Part shown: piece by piece, positions 10,861-22,550 of the stretch
Layout of the letters: the number at the start of each line of letters is the position of its first letter
Numbering within the stretch: the first letter of the stretch is position 1
From: a virus
Taxonomy: Duplodnaviria > Caudoviricetes
Reading direction: 5' to 3' (one strand)
Virus record (IMG/VR): IMGVR_UViG_3300013105_000022
Coordinates: 32,001 to 96,000 of that record
DNA length: 64,000 bases
The notes under the pieces: model-generated
What the model saw: the letters and a program-made list of their open reading frames with translations, nothing else
Database searches by the model: none
What the model was told of the DNA's origin: nothing
Made by a program: the position numbers and the translations under genes

Positions 10861-11616
10861 ATGATTACTTTCAAGGAGACCAAGGCACTCAAGGATTACG
10901 ACTCCGTGAGTCTCGCTTCCATGCTTCGGGAGCACTTCAGGGAGAGCTACCCGTACCGCACCGTTGAGCGTCTGGAAGACGCCATTCAGGTGGCGAGCTA
11001 CCTCCACCGCTACGACGTGCGTCGTGGTAACCGTGGCAAGCTCCCGAACCCTCCCTACATCGAGCACCCGCTCCGTGTGGCTCTGCGTCTGGTGCGCTTC
11101 GGTGTCAGGAACCCGGACCTCATCATCGCGGCCATTCTGCACGACACGGTGGAGGATCACCCGTTCGAGTTCGCAGACTTCGAGGGTGTCTACGGATGCT
11201 CCAACGAGGTCAACGCTCGCTCGCGCGCCCACCAGTTCGTGTCTACGCACTTCGGGTTCTCCACGGCTCGTATCGTGGCAGAGGTCTCCAACCCCCTCCT
11301 CAAGGAGGGCATCACCAAGGCTGAGAAGATCGCGAAGTACCAGGCTCACGTGATCGCGGTGGTCAATCACTCCTACGAGGCTCTTCTGCTCAAGGTGAGC
11401 GACTTCATCGACAACGCGGGTAGCCTGCACCACCACTACGAGTACACCGACAAGGGTGCTGAGTACTTCGTGGATCGCTACGCTCCTCTGCTTCCGATCT
11501 ACATGGAGGCCGTGACGAACTCCTTCGACATCTCAGATTCCGTGAAGGATGACATCAGGGGCCGTCTGGAGCAGGTAGGAGAGCAGTTCGAACGCTTCCA
11601 GGGGGTTCGCAAGTGA
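10861..11616 (+). CDS. HD-domain hydrolase, RelA/SpoT hydrolase (SAH/Mesh1)-like
   Basis: H...R...PYIEHPLRVA, AAILHDTVED, LKVSDFIDN motifs. Confidence 0.8.
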   Translation: MITFKETKALKDYDSVSLASMLREHFRESYPYRTVERLEDAIQVASYLHRYDVRRGNRGKLPNPPYIEHPLRVALRLVRFGVRNPDLIIAAILHDTVEDHPFEFADFEGVYGCSNEVNARSRAHQFVSTHFGFSTARIVAEVSNPLLKEGITKAEKIAKYQAHVIAVVNHSYEALLLKVSDFIDNAGSLHHHYEYTDKGAEYFVDRYAPLLPIYMEAVTNSFDISDSVKDDIRGRLEQVGEQFERFQGVRK

Positions 11617-11770
11617 GCCTCGCAGATCAGGGACATCGAGGACTCGACCCCAACAAGACCGTCTATCAGAGGCTCAACCTGGCCCTGAAGGAAGTGATGG
11701 ACGATAAGGAAGCAGATCGGCTGACCACGGAACTGTTCCCCTACGTCATCGCAGAGAGGAAGGACGCATC

Positions 11771-12148
11771 ATGACAGACATCACGACCCTTAAGATGGGC
11801 GACCGTGTACTCCTGACCGGACCCGCATGGGCAGAGATTGCAGAAATCTCACCCATCGAGTTCGCCGGTATCCCCCAGGCTGGGGAAGAGTACCTGATCG
11901 AGTTCCGTTCCGTGATGGGTCCTGGATTCTGGGCCTACGGAAGTCCGTGGGCTGTCAACGACTACTACACCGCAGACAAGGTAGACAACTCACTGACCGC
12001 CGAAGCCGCAATCGAGAAGATCAAGGAACTCCTCGATACTCCTAGTGATGAGAGAGGAATCACATACTGGGAGTGGATTGACGACGGATTGGGCGGTGAC
12101 CTTGGAGACCTCCTTCGGGGCATTCTCGACAGAGTGGAGAATAGTTGA
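11771..12148 (+). CDS. hypothetical protein
   Basis: KMGDRVLLTGPAW, similar N-terminus to 9523. Confidence 0.6.
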   Translation: MTDITTLKMGDRVLLTGPAWAEIAEISPIEFAGIPQAGEEYLIEFRSVMGPGFWAYGSPWAVNDYYTADKVDNSLTAEAAIEKIKELLDTPSDERGITYWEWIDDGLGGDLGDLLRGILDRVENS

Positions 12149-12964
12149 CTGACATGGACAGGTGGATCGCTGAGATTCACGAAACAGCGCTCAAGAAGCG
12201 CAACAGCGCCCTGCCGCTGAACCGAAGGGTGCGTACCGGTGTGCCCATCCGCAACAACGTAGTACCGCCTCTGACGAAGTTCACCAGGGGCGTCCCCATC
12301 GTAATCGGAGTATTGGAGATTAAGCTGTGAGTGCAGAACTGGTAGACACAATCGAAATCGTCGTGAAGGTGAACATCCTTCGCTATGAGGGCGACCAAGG
12401 CCCCATGTACGACTGGCGTGCTTCCAACGGAGACGAGCCGGACGAGTGGTTCGAAACCGCTGAAGAGGCAATGGCAGACGCGAGGAATCGCTACTGACTT
12501 GACAAGTCGTAGGTATGCGCCTATTATCGAGATATGAACCTCACTGAAGCTCGACACGCTGGCCTTCCGGTTCGTCCCTGTAGGACAGAGGCGGGCCTTC
12601 ACAAGGCGCATACTTACGACCGTAAGATCAAGGCACCTGGAATCCAGGCGTCATACAGGGCCTGGTGCCCCGGAAGGAGTCACTGATGCCACGCTGTGAG
12701 CACGGGTACGACCACCACAATGGTCCCCACGCATGCGACAAGGATCAGCACCTGAACCAGTGCCCATACCGGTTCCCCGAGGGCTATCAGGCTAATTCCC
12801 GTGTGCGTACAGAGCGCATGGATCACAACCACATCTTCCAGGCAGAGACGGTCAACGGCAACTGGGACTGCCCCGCGTGCCGCACCATCGACCCGCTTCG
12901 CATGCGCTGGGAGTACGCAAACCACTACCACCGTATGGCACTGAGTGCAAGAGGATGGCTGTAA

Positions 12965-13471
12965 ATGGAATGGCTCGTCGCGGGGTTCTTCGGCCTGCTC
13001 TTCGTCGCAACGATCTTCTCCCAGATCATGGAGAGGGTCTTGCGCGAGGAGAACCCCATCCCTGTCAAGATTCATGACGGAGGCCGTCGTCTGGCTGGCT
13101 ACAAGGGCAAGACCGGCGACTGCGTGACGAGAGCTATTGCCATCGTCACGGGTTACCCCTACAAGTCGGTGTATGACATCGTGGACCATGCCGGTAAGGA
13201 GTCCGGCTACAAGAACAATAGTGCCTCCAAGGGTGTCAACGGATACGTCACAGACGCCCTGATGGATGCCTTTGGAGGCACATTCCACTCACTTCCCAAG
13301 GGGACATATCTCAAGGATGGAATGCTTCCCCAGGGCCGTGTCGTCGTGCTTCTGGAGGAGCATGTCCTTGCGGTTATCGACGGAGTGGCCTACGACAATC
13401 ATGAAAACCCGTACAGGCAAGAGATTTTCGGGTACTGGACCTTCCCGAAGGGTAGAAAAAGCGTGCGGTAG
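12965..13471 (+). CDS. membrane-anchored protein with possible papain-like Cys-His-Asp triad
   Basis: N-terminal TM; GDCVTRAIA...EEHVLAVIDGVAYD. Confidence 0.45.
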   Translation: MEWLVAGFFGLLFVATIFSQIMERVLREENPIPVKIHDGGRRLAGYKGKTGDCVTRAIAIVTGYPYKSVYDIVDHAGKESGYKNNSASKGVNGYVTDALMDAFGGTFHSLPKGTYLKDGMLPQGRVVVLLEEHVLAVIDGVAYDNHENPYRQEIFGYWTFPKGRKSVR

Positions 13472-13487
13472 CACGTATACATGAATC

Positions 13488-16400
13488 ATGGATAACGAAG
13501 ATTTCCAGACCTTCAAAGCTATCGGCGGTGTCCTGGATGGACTCGATGTGAACATTCCGCTTCACGCCATCCCTGAGATTATGGCCGCAGGCGGTGTGGT
13601 CCTCAATGGGCCACTTGGAACCACAGACTACGACCTCGACTACCTTGAAGGAGTGCTGAGAGAACATGAGAACTAATCGAGAGCGCCTGATCGAGTGGGT
13701 AGAGGATATTCAGCGCAACATGCGCGAGGATGACTTCTGGACGGTGACAGCCGGAGAGTGGGCTGATCGCATCATGGAGGACATCAACAAGGGCATCATC
13801 GCTCCCGAGAAGCCTGAGAACAAGTTCGCGGACGCGACATGAAGACTCGGAGAGAGCGCCGTGTCGTAGGTTCCGTCTACCGCCAGAGCCGCAGGTTCTG
13901 GATCAGAGTTCGGAACGACATCGGAAACGAGCGTGTCGATAGTTGGTCGGATACCGGCGACCTCGCACATCTGGGTCCTGAGGTCTCTCGCGAACTCATC
14001 ACTCTGATGCACCACTGGGCTGACAAGATGAAAGAGGCGAGAAGATGAACGAAGAAGAGTACAGAAAGATGGAAACTCGCGCGTTGCGCGCTGAGGGCAA
14101 GCTGGCTGACATCCTGGAGGTCTTGCAGGAGCATGTGAACACCCCTCTGAATGAGAAGATTCCGGCGATGACACTTCTTCAGATCGGACTCATCGTGAAG
14201 CGAGGAGAACATGGGTAAGAAGAAGTTCAATGTCACCGTCGATGGATACGGCAAGTTCTCTGTTCCGCGCCCCAAGGAGTACAACCAGGAGACTTTCGAT
14301 CAGGGAGTCCTCCATGCGGTGCTCCAGACCCTGAACATGATGGCTGAGGCGAAGACCAAGGAGAAGTTCCACCCGGTTCTCGGTCTGAAAGTTCGCGGCG
14401 ACGATTGATTGACATACGCACTTATTGCACGTATACATGAAGCATGAGTGAGAAACAGATTCCGATGACGCAGAGCGGTTTTTGCGCCTTCGGTCCAGAT
14501 GACTCGCACAAGTACTGTACCAAGGCGGGATGTACCTGCCACTGTCATGGAAAGCCTGAGGAGGCCGGAGACAATGCCGAAGATCAACGATAAGCACACC
14601 CGCACCACCCGCCGCGAGGCCGCAGAGGAGCGTCAGAAGAAGTACGACGCCCTGACGACGGCAGAGAAGATCAAGCTCGTACAGAGCCGCCGTGGCAACA
14701 GCGCCCGTGAGCTTGGCCGTCTCAGTGAGGACATCGCCGGTTACGAACTCGGAGCAGAGTGATGAACGAAGACGACAAGGTTATCTGGCTCGGAGAAGTG
14801 AGCCTCACGCTGGACACCGTTATGCTTGACAATCCCGATCTGGACCAGGCATGGGCAGATCAGGTCATGCATGTCGCTGAGCACGTTGCGGAGGCGGATG
14901 CACAGACCCTTCGTGAGGCTTTCATGATTCTCACAGCACAGCGTGACGATGGTCCCGCTAAGGCACACATGTCCATCGTCGCGGCGGCGGCAATGGTTAT
15001 CACACCCAAGGAGTAATAATGACCGAAAACGCACACCCCGCAGACGACCTCCTTCGCTCGAAGGTTGACGAGGTATTCGAGGCTCGTGATGCCTCTCAGG
15101 CCGTACAGGCTCTGGGCAACATCGCCGGTGGAGTCGAGAACGCTCTTCTCAACCTCGTGTACAACCTCCCTGAGGAGGCAGTTCGTCTGACCCTCTTCAA
15201 GATTCTGAAGGACTCTCACGAAGACGGCGAGGACGAGTTCGTGCTCGACACGATGGAGTTCACGTCCAAGGCCACGCTGATGTTCCAGCCTGACGCCCTG
15301 GATGTCTTCAAGCAGGGATTCCGCGAAGACTTCGACAAGGGTATCGTCCGCTGATGAACTTCGACAAGTCACCCGATGGAGAGTTCGAAGACCCGTTCGT
15401 AGAGGCTTCTTACCAAGCCTGGCGTAACGCGGAAAATGGGGAAGAGGCTTTCAAGACTCTCACCTTCAGCGCCGGAGTAGACCCGGAGCAGGCAGTCAGG
15501 AACATCTGCTTGAACGCCCCCGAGGAGGTAGTTCGCTTCACCCTCACGGGTCTCATGCTCGGGTTCCTTGACGGAGACCGCTCTGATCTGGTCATGGAAA
15601 TCATGAAGGACATGGGCGTACTGGCCCTCGAACTCCAGCAGAGGGGCGAACTGTGAGTGACACCCCGATCTACGATGCTCTTGAGAGGGAGTATCTGAAT
15701 CGTGGGCAACTCAACGTCATGATTGACGTGCTGGAGGATCACCTGGACTCTTTCGAGGCTCCCTACTTCGAACTTATGGACGAGGATATCGAAGAAGTAC
15801 CCGCACTTCTGGCCAACGCGGCTAAGGCAGTGGGCAACCTTCTGATTCCGACTCTCGTGGATCGACAGAGTGAGACCGAAACCGACCGGGAGTTCGCCGC
15901 CTACATCGGGGGGATCATCGATACCCTCCACCTGTTGAGGACTCTTCCACCGCCCGAAAACCTCGACTAAGCTCCAGAGGCCTTGACTCGCTGTGGCACG
16001 TAGTGTATAAATGACGTATGAACGTTAAAATCACTCTGCCTAAGCCGGTCAAGGCCTCTTCTGCACAGTCGCTCGGTCTTCCGAGCACGCTCATGCCCGT
16101 CAAGGACTACGGAATCCACAAACTCCGCTGGCCTTGGGCGAAGAGACAACTCACGCGGCGCATGGAAGCCGCAGAACGAGCTTTGGAGGCTCTTTCATGA
16201 CACTGAACAGCAACGATATTCAAGTCAGGATCGCGGCTAACATCGTAAAGAATCAGCCGAAGCCCATCCCGATCAACGCCGACGAGGCCATGATTATGGC
16301 GCATGCACTCATGCAAGAGTTCTGGATTCAAGAAATGACGGAGAACCCGTATCGTGTCATCTAAGCAGACCCACCAGGAGCGTCTTATCGCTCGGGCTGA

Positions 16401-18893
16401 GAGGTTCGCGGCTGGGTGCAAGCGCAGTCGCATGGAGCTTCAGTTGGTGGACGAGATTCACCGCCTGAACAAGATCATCGAGGAGCAAAATGGACAACTG
16501 GCTGGCAATCACTGAGACCGGCGCTGAATGGCGCTTCGCAGATGGAATGCTGTACGTGCAATCGAGCCGTGGAGGATTCTACACCATTCGTCCCTGGGTC
16601 ATGAAGATCATCGACCGTGACGCCCTGCCTCAGGGAACCACAATCCGTGAAGCCATTGATTCCGGAGAAGATAGCTTCACCCCGAAGATCGGCTACGCTA
16701 TCTACGCGGGAGGCAAGGACTCGTGGCGCTTGTCCACGCGCGTGGTCTCCCTCGAAGAGATTGAGCTTGAGAATGCGTAACGCGACCGGCAAGGAGTCTC
16801 GTCACTACGACGAGCAGGAGATTCGTCTGATCGCCGCTGAGACAGAAGCCGACCCCAAGTTCCCGAAGTGGGTAACCACGGCACTGATGGCGCAAGTGGA
16901 GCATAGCGCAGAGTAGGCGTATAAATAGACCATGAGCTTCATCATCGACAATGACAACTCCACCGACACTCAGGGCAAGGCTCTGCCGCGCCTGATTGGT
17001 CCCTTTCTCACTCGCACGCTGGCAGACCAGTGGGCATTGAGGAACCTCCGCAACGGCTCCTGGAACGTAGCTCCGGTTCAGGACCCTCGCTCTTTGAGGA
17101 GAGAATGATGACAGATATCCCTTGGTGGGTGCAGGAGAGCGTGGAGTACTACGGGTTCAGTAATCGTGTCCTCCCGTGGGAGAAGCACAGCGAAGAGATG
17201 TACAGCCTCGTTTCAGGTATCCACTATCCTCCTCGCGCTCACGTATTCTACGTTGTGGATGCGCTTCGGGAGGATGCGACCTGGGAAGAACTCAAGGGGA
17301 TTCACTACTCTCAGGCCCTTGCGGATAACGCCGCGCGCAAGCGTGCGTACAGCGACGGAATCCCTCACAGGGTCAGGATCGTGGTTTCCTATGAGTAAGC
17401 TCTACAAGGTTACGATCAAGCGTGTCCAGTACGGAGATGCCATCGTAGTCGCTGAGAACGAGAAGCAGGCTGAGAGTCTTGCTCTCGATGCCGTGGTGGG
17501 AGCCGTCCTCCCGCCGTATGATGCCATTGACACCGTAGAGAGTGTCACAGAAGTAGATATGGAAGAAGACTGATGCCATTCGTAAGTCGTAAGGAAATCC
17601 GGGAACTCAGGGAGTCAAAGGAGAAGGTAGACGCACTCCTCCTCGACAATGAGGCCTACAGCAACCGCGCGGATGCTAGGGACGAAGAACTCAACGAAAT
17701 CGGCGGATTCCTGAGGTTCTTGGCCGTTCGCGTTCCGGACTATGAGGGTTACGTCCTGGAGTACCTGGACTTCATGGAGGATCAGGAAAATGCAGGAAAT
17801 TAAGGTCGGGGACTTCGTTATCGTCAAGGATGCCGGTGAGGTCGGTGTAGTGACTGAGAAGACAGAGAACCCTCTCTCCTATCGTGTGCGCGCACGTGGT
17901 ACCTCCTCCACTTACTCCCCATACGACATCTTGGGTCTCACTGCGGCACAGGTTCGCATCTTGAACCAGTCTCTTGCGGCTGTCGCTTCTGTGATCGATA
18001 CATACCGCGAGGCAGATGTTTACGATCCTGTGTACGACGAAGAGGGCAAGATCGTGTACTCCTCTGCCGCCGCTACGGTGTTCCGCGTCCTCAGTTTCGC
18101 TGAGATGATCGTACATCTGGGAAACCTCTCCGACCGGGTAGCCATCCTGGAGAAGGAGCTTATGGAAGCTCAGGCCCAAAGATGATTCTCGAAGACAAGC
18201 ACATCTCATATCTCGAACTGGTATCTAGGGGTCATGTTGTCCTCTGGTGGAACCCACCCAAGACGATGAGTAAGTACGTCTGTTCCGAGTGGTATGAGGG
18301 TCGCGTGGACGTAGACCAGATCGTGGCCGCTCAGATGCATGCACTGGGAGCTACGAGAATCGTCGCGAAGTCAGGTAAGCAGTTCGTCGCTTTGACTGAT
18401 CGCGGAGAGACGATTCTTCTCGATGAGGCCGAGGCATGGTCGTAAATATGGGACAATAGACTAATGACCGAAGAGAAGCGTAAGCCCGGACGCCCTCGCC
18501 TCTACACTCCAGAAGAGGCGAAGGAGCGCAGGCGCGAGCAGAACCGAAATCGCGCCCGTCAGCGTAGGGCAGAAGACCCAGAGTACAGTCGCAAGCAGTA
18601 CGCCGCACGATCAGCAGAGAAGAATGCTGAGTACAGACAGCGTGCGTATGAGAAGCGGAAGGAACGTCTCCAGAACGACCCTGACTATCGTAAGAAATGG
18701 AACGAGAAGCAACGCGAATACAGAGCGAAGCGTAAGGAACAGTGAAATGAAACTGTGGCATCAGGCGACCATCATTGCGGTGGTCGCCTTTTGTCTTCCC
18801 AGAATCCTCTTCAACCTTTACCTGATGTACAGGATGGTGAAGAACCACGGGAGACTCAAAGGAATAGCCCTCTGGAAGCAATGGAAGTTGTAG
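13488..18893 (+). other. dense run of small hypothetical genes, including paralogs 15019/15354 and the charged protein 18464-18745
   Basis: Coupled ORFs, several leaderless behind CGTATA(C/A)AT; PEEAVRLTL vs PEEVVRFTL; KPGRPR AT-hook-like motif in 18464. Confidence 0.6.
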
Positions 18894-18916
18894 CACGTAG
18901 TGCGTATACATAGATC

Positions 18917-19399
18917 ATGGGATACGCAGTGTATGAAGACCGCTGGAATGGCGACAGGTGGGCAGGCTATGCCGTTCCCGCAGAGTGCGACATGCCAGAC
19001 TGTCATGAGAGTATTGACCGTGGCATGGGTTACCAGTGCCAGACACATGATTACTACCAGTACCTGGATGAGAACGGCAAGATCGTAACCTCAGAGGATG
19101 ACTGGGAAGAGGAGGAACTGGTCGATGACGAAGGTTGCTACCTCTATTTCTGTGAAGAGCATCTGTACAACTGGAAGGCTCACGAGAATGTGACTCCCAA
19201 GGGAGATTCCGTCGAGTGGATGTGGTGGCTCATCGTAGCTCCGTCTTGGGCACAGTGGCGCATCGAGAATCCCGATAAGGTAGCAGAGTACCGCGCGGCT
19301 ATTACGGCGGCGAACTATCGACCAACACAGAGCAATCTCGTGGACCTCAAGTGGGACATGGAAGATTCTGGCGTCATGACCACGGAGCACTTGCTGTAA
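18917..19399 (+). CDS. Cys-rich hypothetical phage protein
   Basis: GYAVPAECDMPDC...IDRGMGYQC...GCYLYFCEEH; leaderless. Confidence 0.65.
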   Translation: MGYAVYEDRWNGDRWAGYAVPAECDMPDCHESIDRGMGYQCQTHDYYQYLDENGKIVTSEDDWEEEELVDDEGCYLYFCEEHLYNWKAHENVTPKGDSVEWMWWLIVAPSWAQWRIENPDKVAEYRAAITAANYRPTQSNLVDLKWDMEDSGVMTTEHLL

Positions 19400-19550
19400 T
19401 GGCTCAGGTCTGGAAATGCCTCAAGTGTGGCTACGTCACCTGGACTCCCACAGAAGCCGGTGACCACGAGCGCCAGTTCTATGGCAGGATCATCTGGAAG
19501 CCGCGTGATGAGGACGGAAATCTTCTTCACTACATGGATGACATCGGAGA

Positions 19551-19904
19551 GTGACAATGGAAGACGCCCCTGAAGGGTACGAACTCAGTACCCGCGAGGA
19601 GCTTGCCCCGCTCGTTCGCGATTTTCATGAACTGGTGGGACGCGATCTGACGAACGGTGAGCTTCTTGCACTGGACTTCGCTCTGGAGTGGGTCTATGCC
19701 ACTGCCGAAGAGGAGTTCGAAGACCGGCTCCTGGAGATGAACGCCAGGATGGACACGGAGTACGCAGTCACCTATGGGTCTATCCCGACTGTTCGTATGA
19801 TGAACATGCCCAACCTGGGAGTAGCTAAGAGAGTCGCACAGGCTCTCAACGGACAGGTGCGTATCAGACGCGCATCTAAGTGGGAAATGTACAAGGAGGA
19901 CTGA
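19551..19904 (+). CDS. hypothetical protein
   Basis: Coupled ORF. Confidence 0.6.
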   Translation: MTMEDAPEGYELSTREELAPLVRDFHELVGRDLTNGELLALDFALEWVYATAEEEFEDRLLEMNARMDTEYAVTYGSIPTVRMMNMPNLGVAKRVAQALNGQVRIRRASKWEMYKED

Positions 19905-20335
19905 TGGCAACTAGTTGGATTCACGCTGTAGCAACCTCCAAGCACTTCAAGGCCGGTAAGCCTGAGGACTTCATCGACATCCATGAGTGGATCGATCAGT
20001 TCAAGCAGTCGAATGCTGACGTACGGCACCGAGCCTTCCTGCACAACTCGCAGGGACCGTGGATGGCACAGGATGTCTTCGGACACGTGCGTACGGTAGA
20101 GAAATGGCCCTTGGGTGAAGGCAAGACAGTAGACCTCTCTGTGAGGGAGATTGTCGAGTCTCACATCATCGAAGACCTCGGATGGGTTCCTTCCCCTGCC
20201 GACTGGGCATCCTGCATGAGTTGCCGTGTCTGGATGGGAGGCAAGAGGAATAAATTCGTCGGCAGGGAAGAGCTTTTGGAGTCGGAGGTCAAAGTTGTAA
20301 ATCCCACGCGAGTGAACAATGACCTTTCAACGTAA
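19904..20335 (+). CDS. His-rich protein, DUF6915-like
   Basis: HA...IHEWID...HRAFLHNSQG...ESHIIEDLG.VPS..DW pattern; family name from recall. Confidence 0.55.
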   Translation: MATSWIHAVATSKHFKAGKPEDFIDIHEWIDQFKQSNADVRHRAFLHNSQGPWMAQDVFGHVRTVEKWPLGEGKTVDLSVREIVESHIIEDLGWVPSPADWASCMSCRVWMGGKRNKFVGREELLESEVKVVNPTRVNNDLST

Positions 20336-20735
20336 ATACTTCGGATGCTCGGTTGAGGGATGTGACAGTCCTCACGAAGCTAGAGGCTTCTGCCGTAAGC
20401 ACTATCGTAGAGCTACATACTACGATAGTGAGGCTCGACAGGCTTCTCAAAAGGCATACAATCTTGCCGGAAGATACGGTATCACTCTCGAAGAGAGGGC
20501 AGAGATGCTGGAGAGGCAGGGACATAGATGTGCAATGTGTCCCGCGACGGAGCCGGGAGGGAGGCACAAGGAGTGGCATCTCGATCATGACCATTCATGT
20601 TGTCCTAAGCGAGGTAAGACTTGCGGAAAGTGCAATCGAGGACTACTTTGCTCCAGATGTAATCTGGCGCTAGGTATCGTAGAGGCAATCGGCCTCGACA
20701 AAGTAACCAAATATCTACAAGGAAACAAGAAATGA
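20319..20735 (+). CDS. endonuclease VII-type HNH homing endonuclease
   Basis: RYGITLEE...QGHRCAMC...LDHDHSCC...RGLLCSRCNLALG. Confidence 0.85.
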   Translation: MTFQRKYFGCSVEGCDSPHEARGFCRKHYRRATYYDSEARQASQKAYNLAGRYGITLEERAEMLERQGHRCAMCPATEPGGRHKEWHLDHDHSCCPKRGKTCGKCNRGLLCSRCNLALGIVEAIGLDKVTKYLQGNKK

Positions 20736-21238
20736 CTGAAATCTTCAAGATCACTACCCGCCCCATCGAGGGCGACATCACCGCTTCCGGCAAGACGCGC
20801 TACAATCAGGTCTCCCCGGAGGAGTTCCTGGCCGTCGTAGACGAGATTCTGGCCACACCGGGAATTCGCTCCATCGGATGGACACAGCACACGCCGTACT
20901 TCAACGACGGAGAGCCATGTGAATTCGGCCTGGGAGAACTGGCACTGGACCTCGACCCGGCAATCTACGGTGAGGTCGATGACGACGACGCATACGCTCT
21001 CCCGGAAGAGGGCTACAACTGGGCCACTTCTTGGGGTATCTACACGTATCCCGAGCGTGGTAACTACTCCACCAGGAAGTACGAACTCAACGGGGTAGAC
21101 ACCAAGCCACTGAACGACATCTTCTCAAAGTGGGCGTCTGAGCGCTACGAGAACGTGGCTCTGGACAGCTTCGGTGACCACGCGGTTGTCGTCGCTACGC
21201 CGGAAGGCTTCAGCGTTGACTACTACGAGCACGAGTAA
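20732..21238 (+). CDS. acidic hypothetical phage protein
   Basis: WTQHTPYFNDGEPCEF motif, ends YEHE. Confidence 0.65.
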   Translation: MTEIFKITTRPIEGDITASGKTRYNQVSPEEFLAVVDEILATPGIRSIGWTQHTPYFNDGEPCEFGLGELALDLDPAIYGEVDDDDAYALPEEGYNWATSWGIYTYPERGNYSTRKYELNGVDTKPLNDIFSKWASERYENVALDSFGDHAVVVATPEGFSVDYYEHE

Positions 21239-22174
21239 GCCCTCCAAGGCCCTCAGGACGGCTTTTTGGGTCATCCTGGGGGCCTCGGTCTTCCTTTACA
21301 TTTTCAGCCCGGAGAAAGGCACACAGTGACTTACAGCGACAGCTACGATCTGGCTCTGGAGCAGAGCCGTGTACTCATCGAGCATGAGACCGATGTCGAT
21401 ACCGAACGTCTGGTCATGCTGGGGTACATCGCAGGACTTCAGGACACCAACAAGATTCTTCAGGAATCCATCCGCGCGACGGGTGAGAGAGGCAAGGCGG
21501 GACGCATGTTCTCCATCGCCTACTCCAAGTTCACCGGTATCGCACAGAAAGCGTCCTCGCGCGCCAGGGAGTTGAAGGTATGAGCTTCGAATCAGGCCAG
21601 AAGGTCTACATCAAGCCAGGAACTTTCCACCACCCGTGGTCGGATTCGGACGCCCTGGAGGCCACCTTCGTCAGCTACATGGCTGGGAGAGAGTATGCCA
21701 TCCTTCTGGTGAGGAACCCGGACCCATACAACATTCGAGTAAACGTAGAGGACCTGATCGATGAAGACTGAGTGGGGAGTGAACAGTAGTCTGGGCGGCG
21801 GTATTATGCCGGTGGCCAACTACGACAGTGCTCTGACAGTTACTGAGAACATGCACAAGGCGGGACATGCCGCTGTCATCGTGTGGCGCGGTGTCACCGA
21901 ATGGAGAGAACATGACAACTACGACGATTGAAATTGACGGCGTTCCTGTCGTACCTTCTTTCCGCGTTGAGCGAGGAGAAGTGAAGAGTGCATGGGACGG
22001 AGGTTGGGAAAACCTGACTCCAGTCAAGATCATGCATCCCTACGACATCGCACAGAAGCTCGCAGAGGCGGGGAACATCACTCAGGCTTTCGCGGCTCTG
22101 GATGGATTCATGCGTAGAGAAATCGACATCAAGGCAGACAGCGCTATGTGGAAGCTTGACAGGATGTACGAGGA

Positions 22175-22543
22175 ATGAGCAAGGAACTTCTATTCAGCGT
22201 CACTTTGGACGACTGCAAGGTAGAGACATTCCGCGCTGGAGGTCCCGGAGGACAGAACCAGAACAAGCGCGAGACCGGCGTGAGGATCACTCACAAGGAG
22301 TCTGGCGCTGTCGGTGAGTCCCGAGAAGAGCGTTCACAGCTTCAGAACAAGAAGACGGCCTTCAAGCGCATGGTCGAGTCTCCCCATTTCAAGTACTGGC
22401 TCGCCTTGAAGCGACGTGAGCTTGAAACCGGAAAGACTGCCGAAGAACGTGTAGAAGAATCTATGAAGGATTCGAACATTCGTACGGAAATTCATGATGA
22501 GCAGGGACGATGGGTTGCGGCTTCGGGAGAGGATTTGGTATAG
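22175..22543 (+). CDS. GGQ peptidyl-tRNA hydrolase domain protein (RF-1/ArfB-like)
   Basis: FRAGGPGGQNQNKRETGVRITHKESG...ERSQLQNKKTAF. Confidence 0.85.
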   Translation: MSKELLFSVTLDDCKVETFRAGGPGGQNQNKRETGVRITHKESGAVGESREERSQLQNKKTAFKRMVESPHFKYWLALKRRELETGKTAEERVEESMKDSNIRTEIHDEQGRWVAASGEDLV

Positions 22544-22550
22544 TCGCACC

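Noticed and set aside
16918-16927. TATAAATA as a T4-type gp55 late promoter
   Set aside because: Only one variant of the broader CGTATA(C/A)AT family, found on non-structural genes; no T4-like machinery visible.
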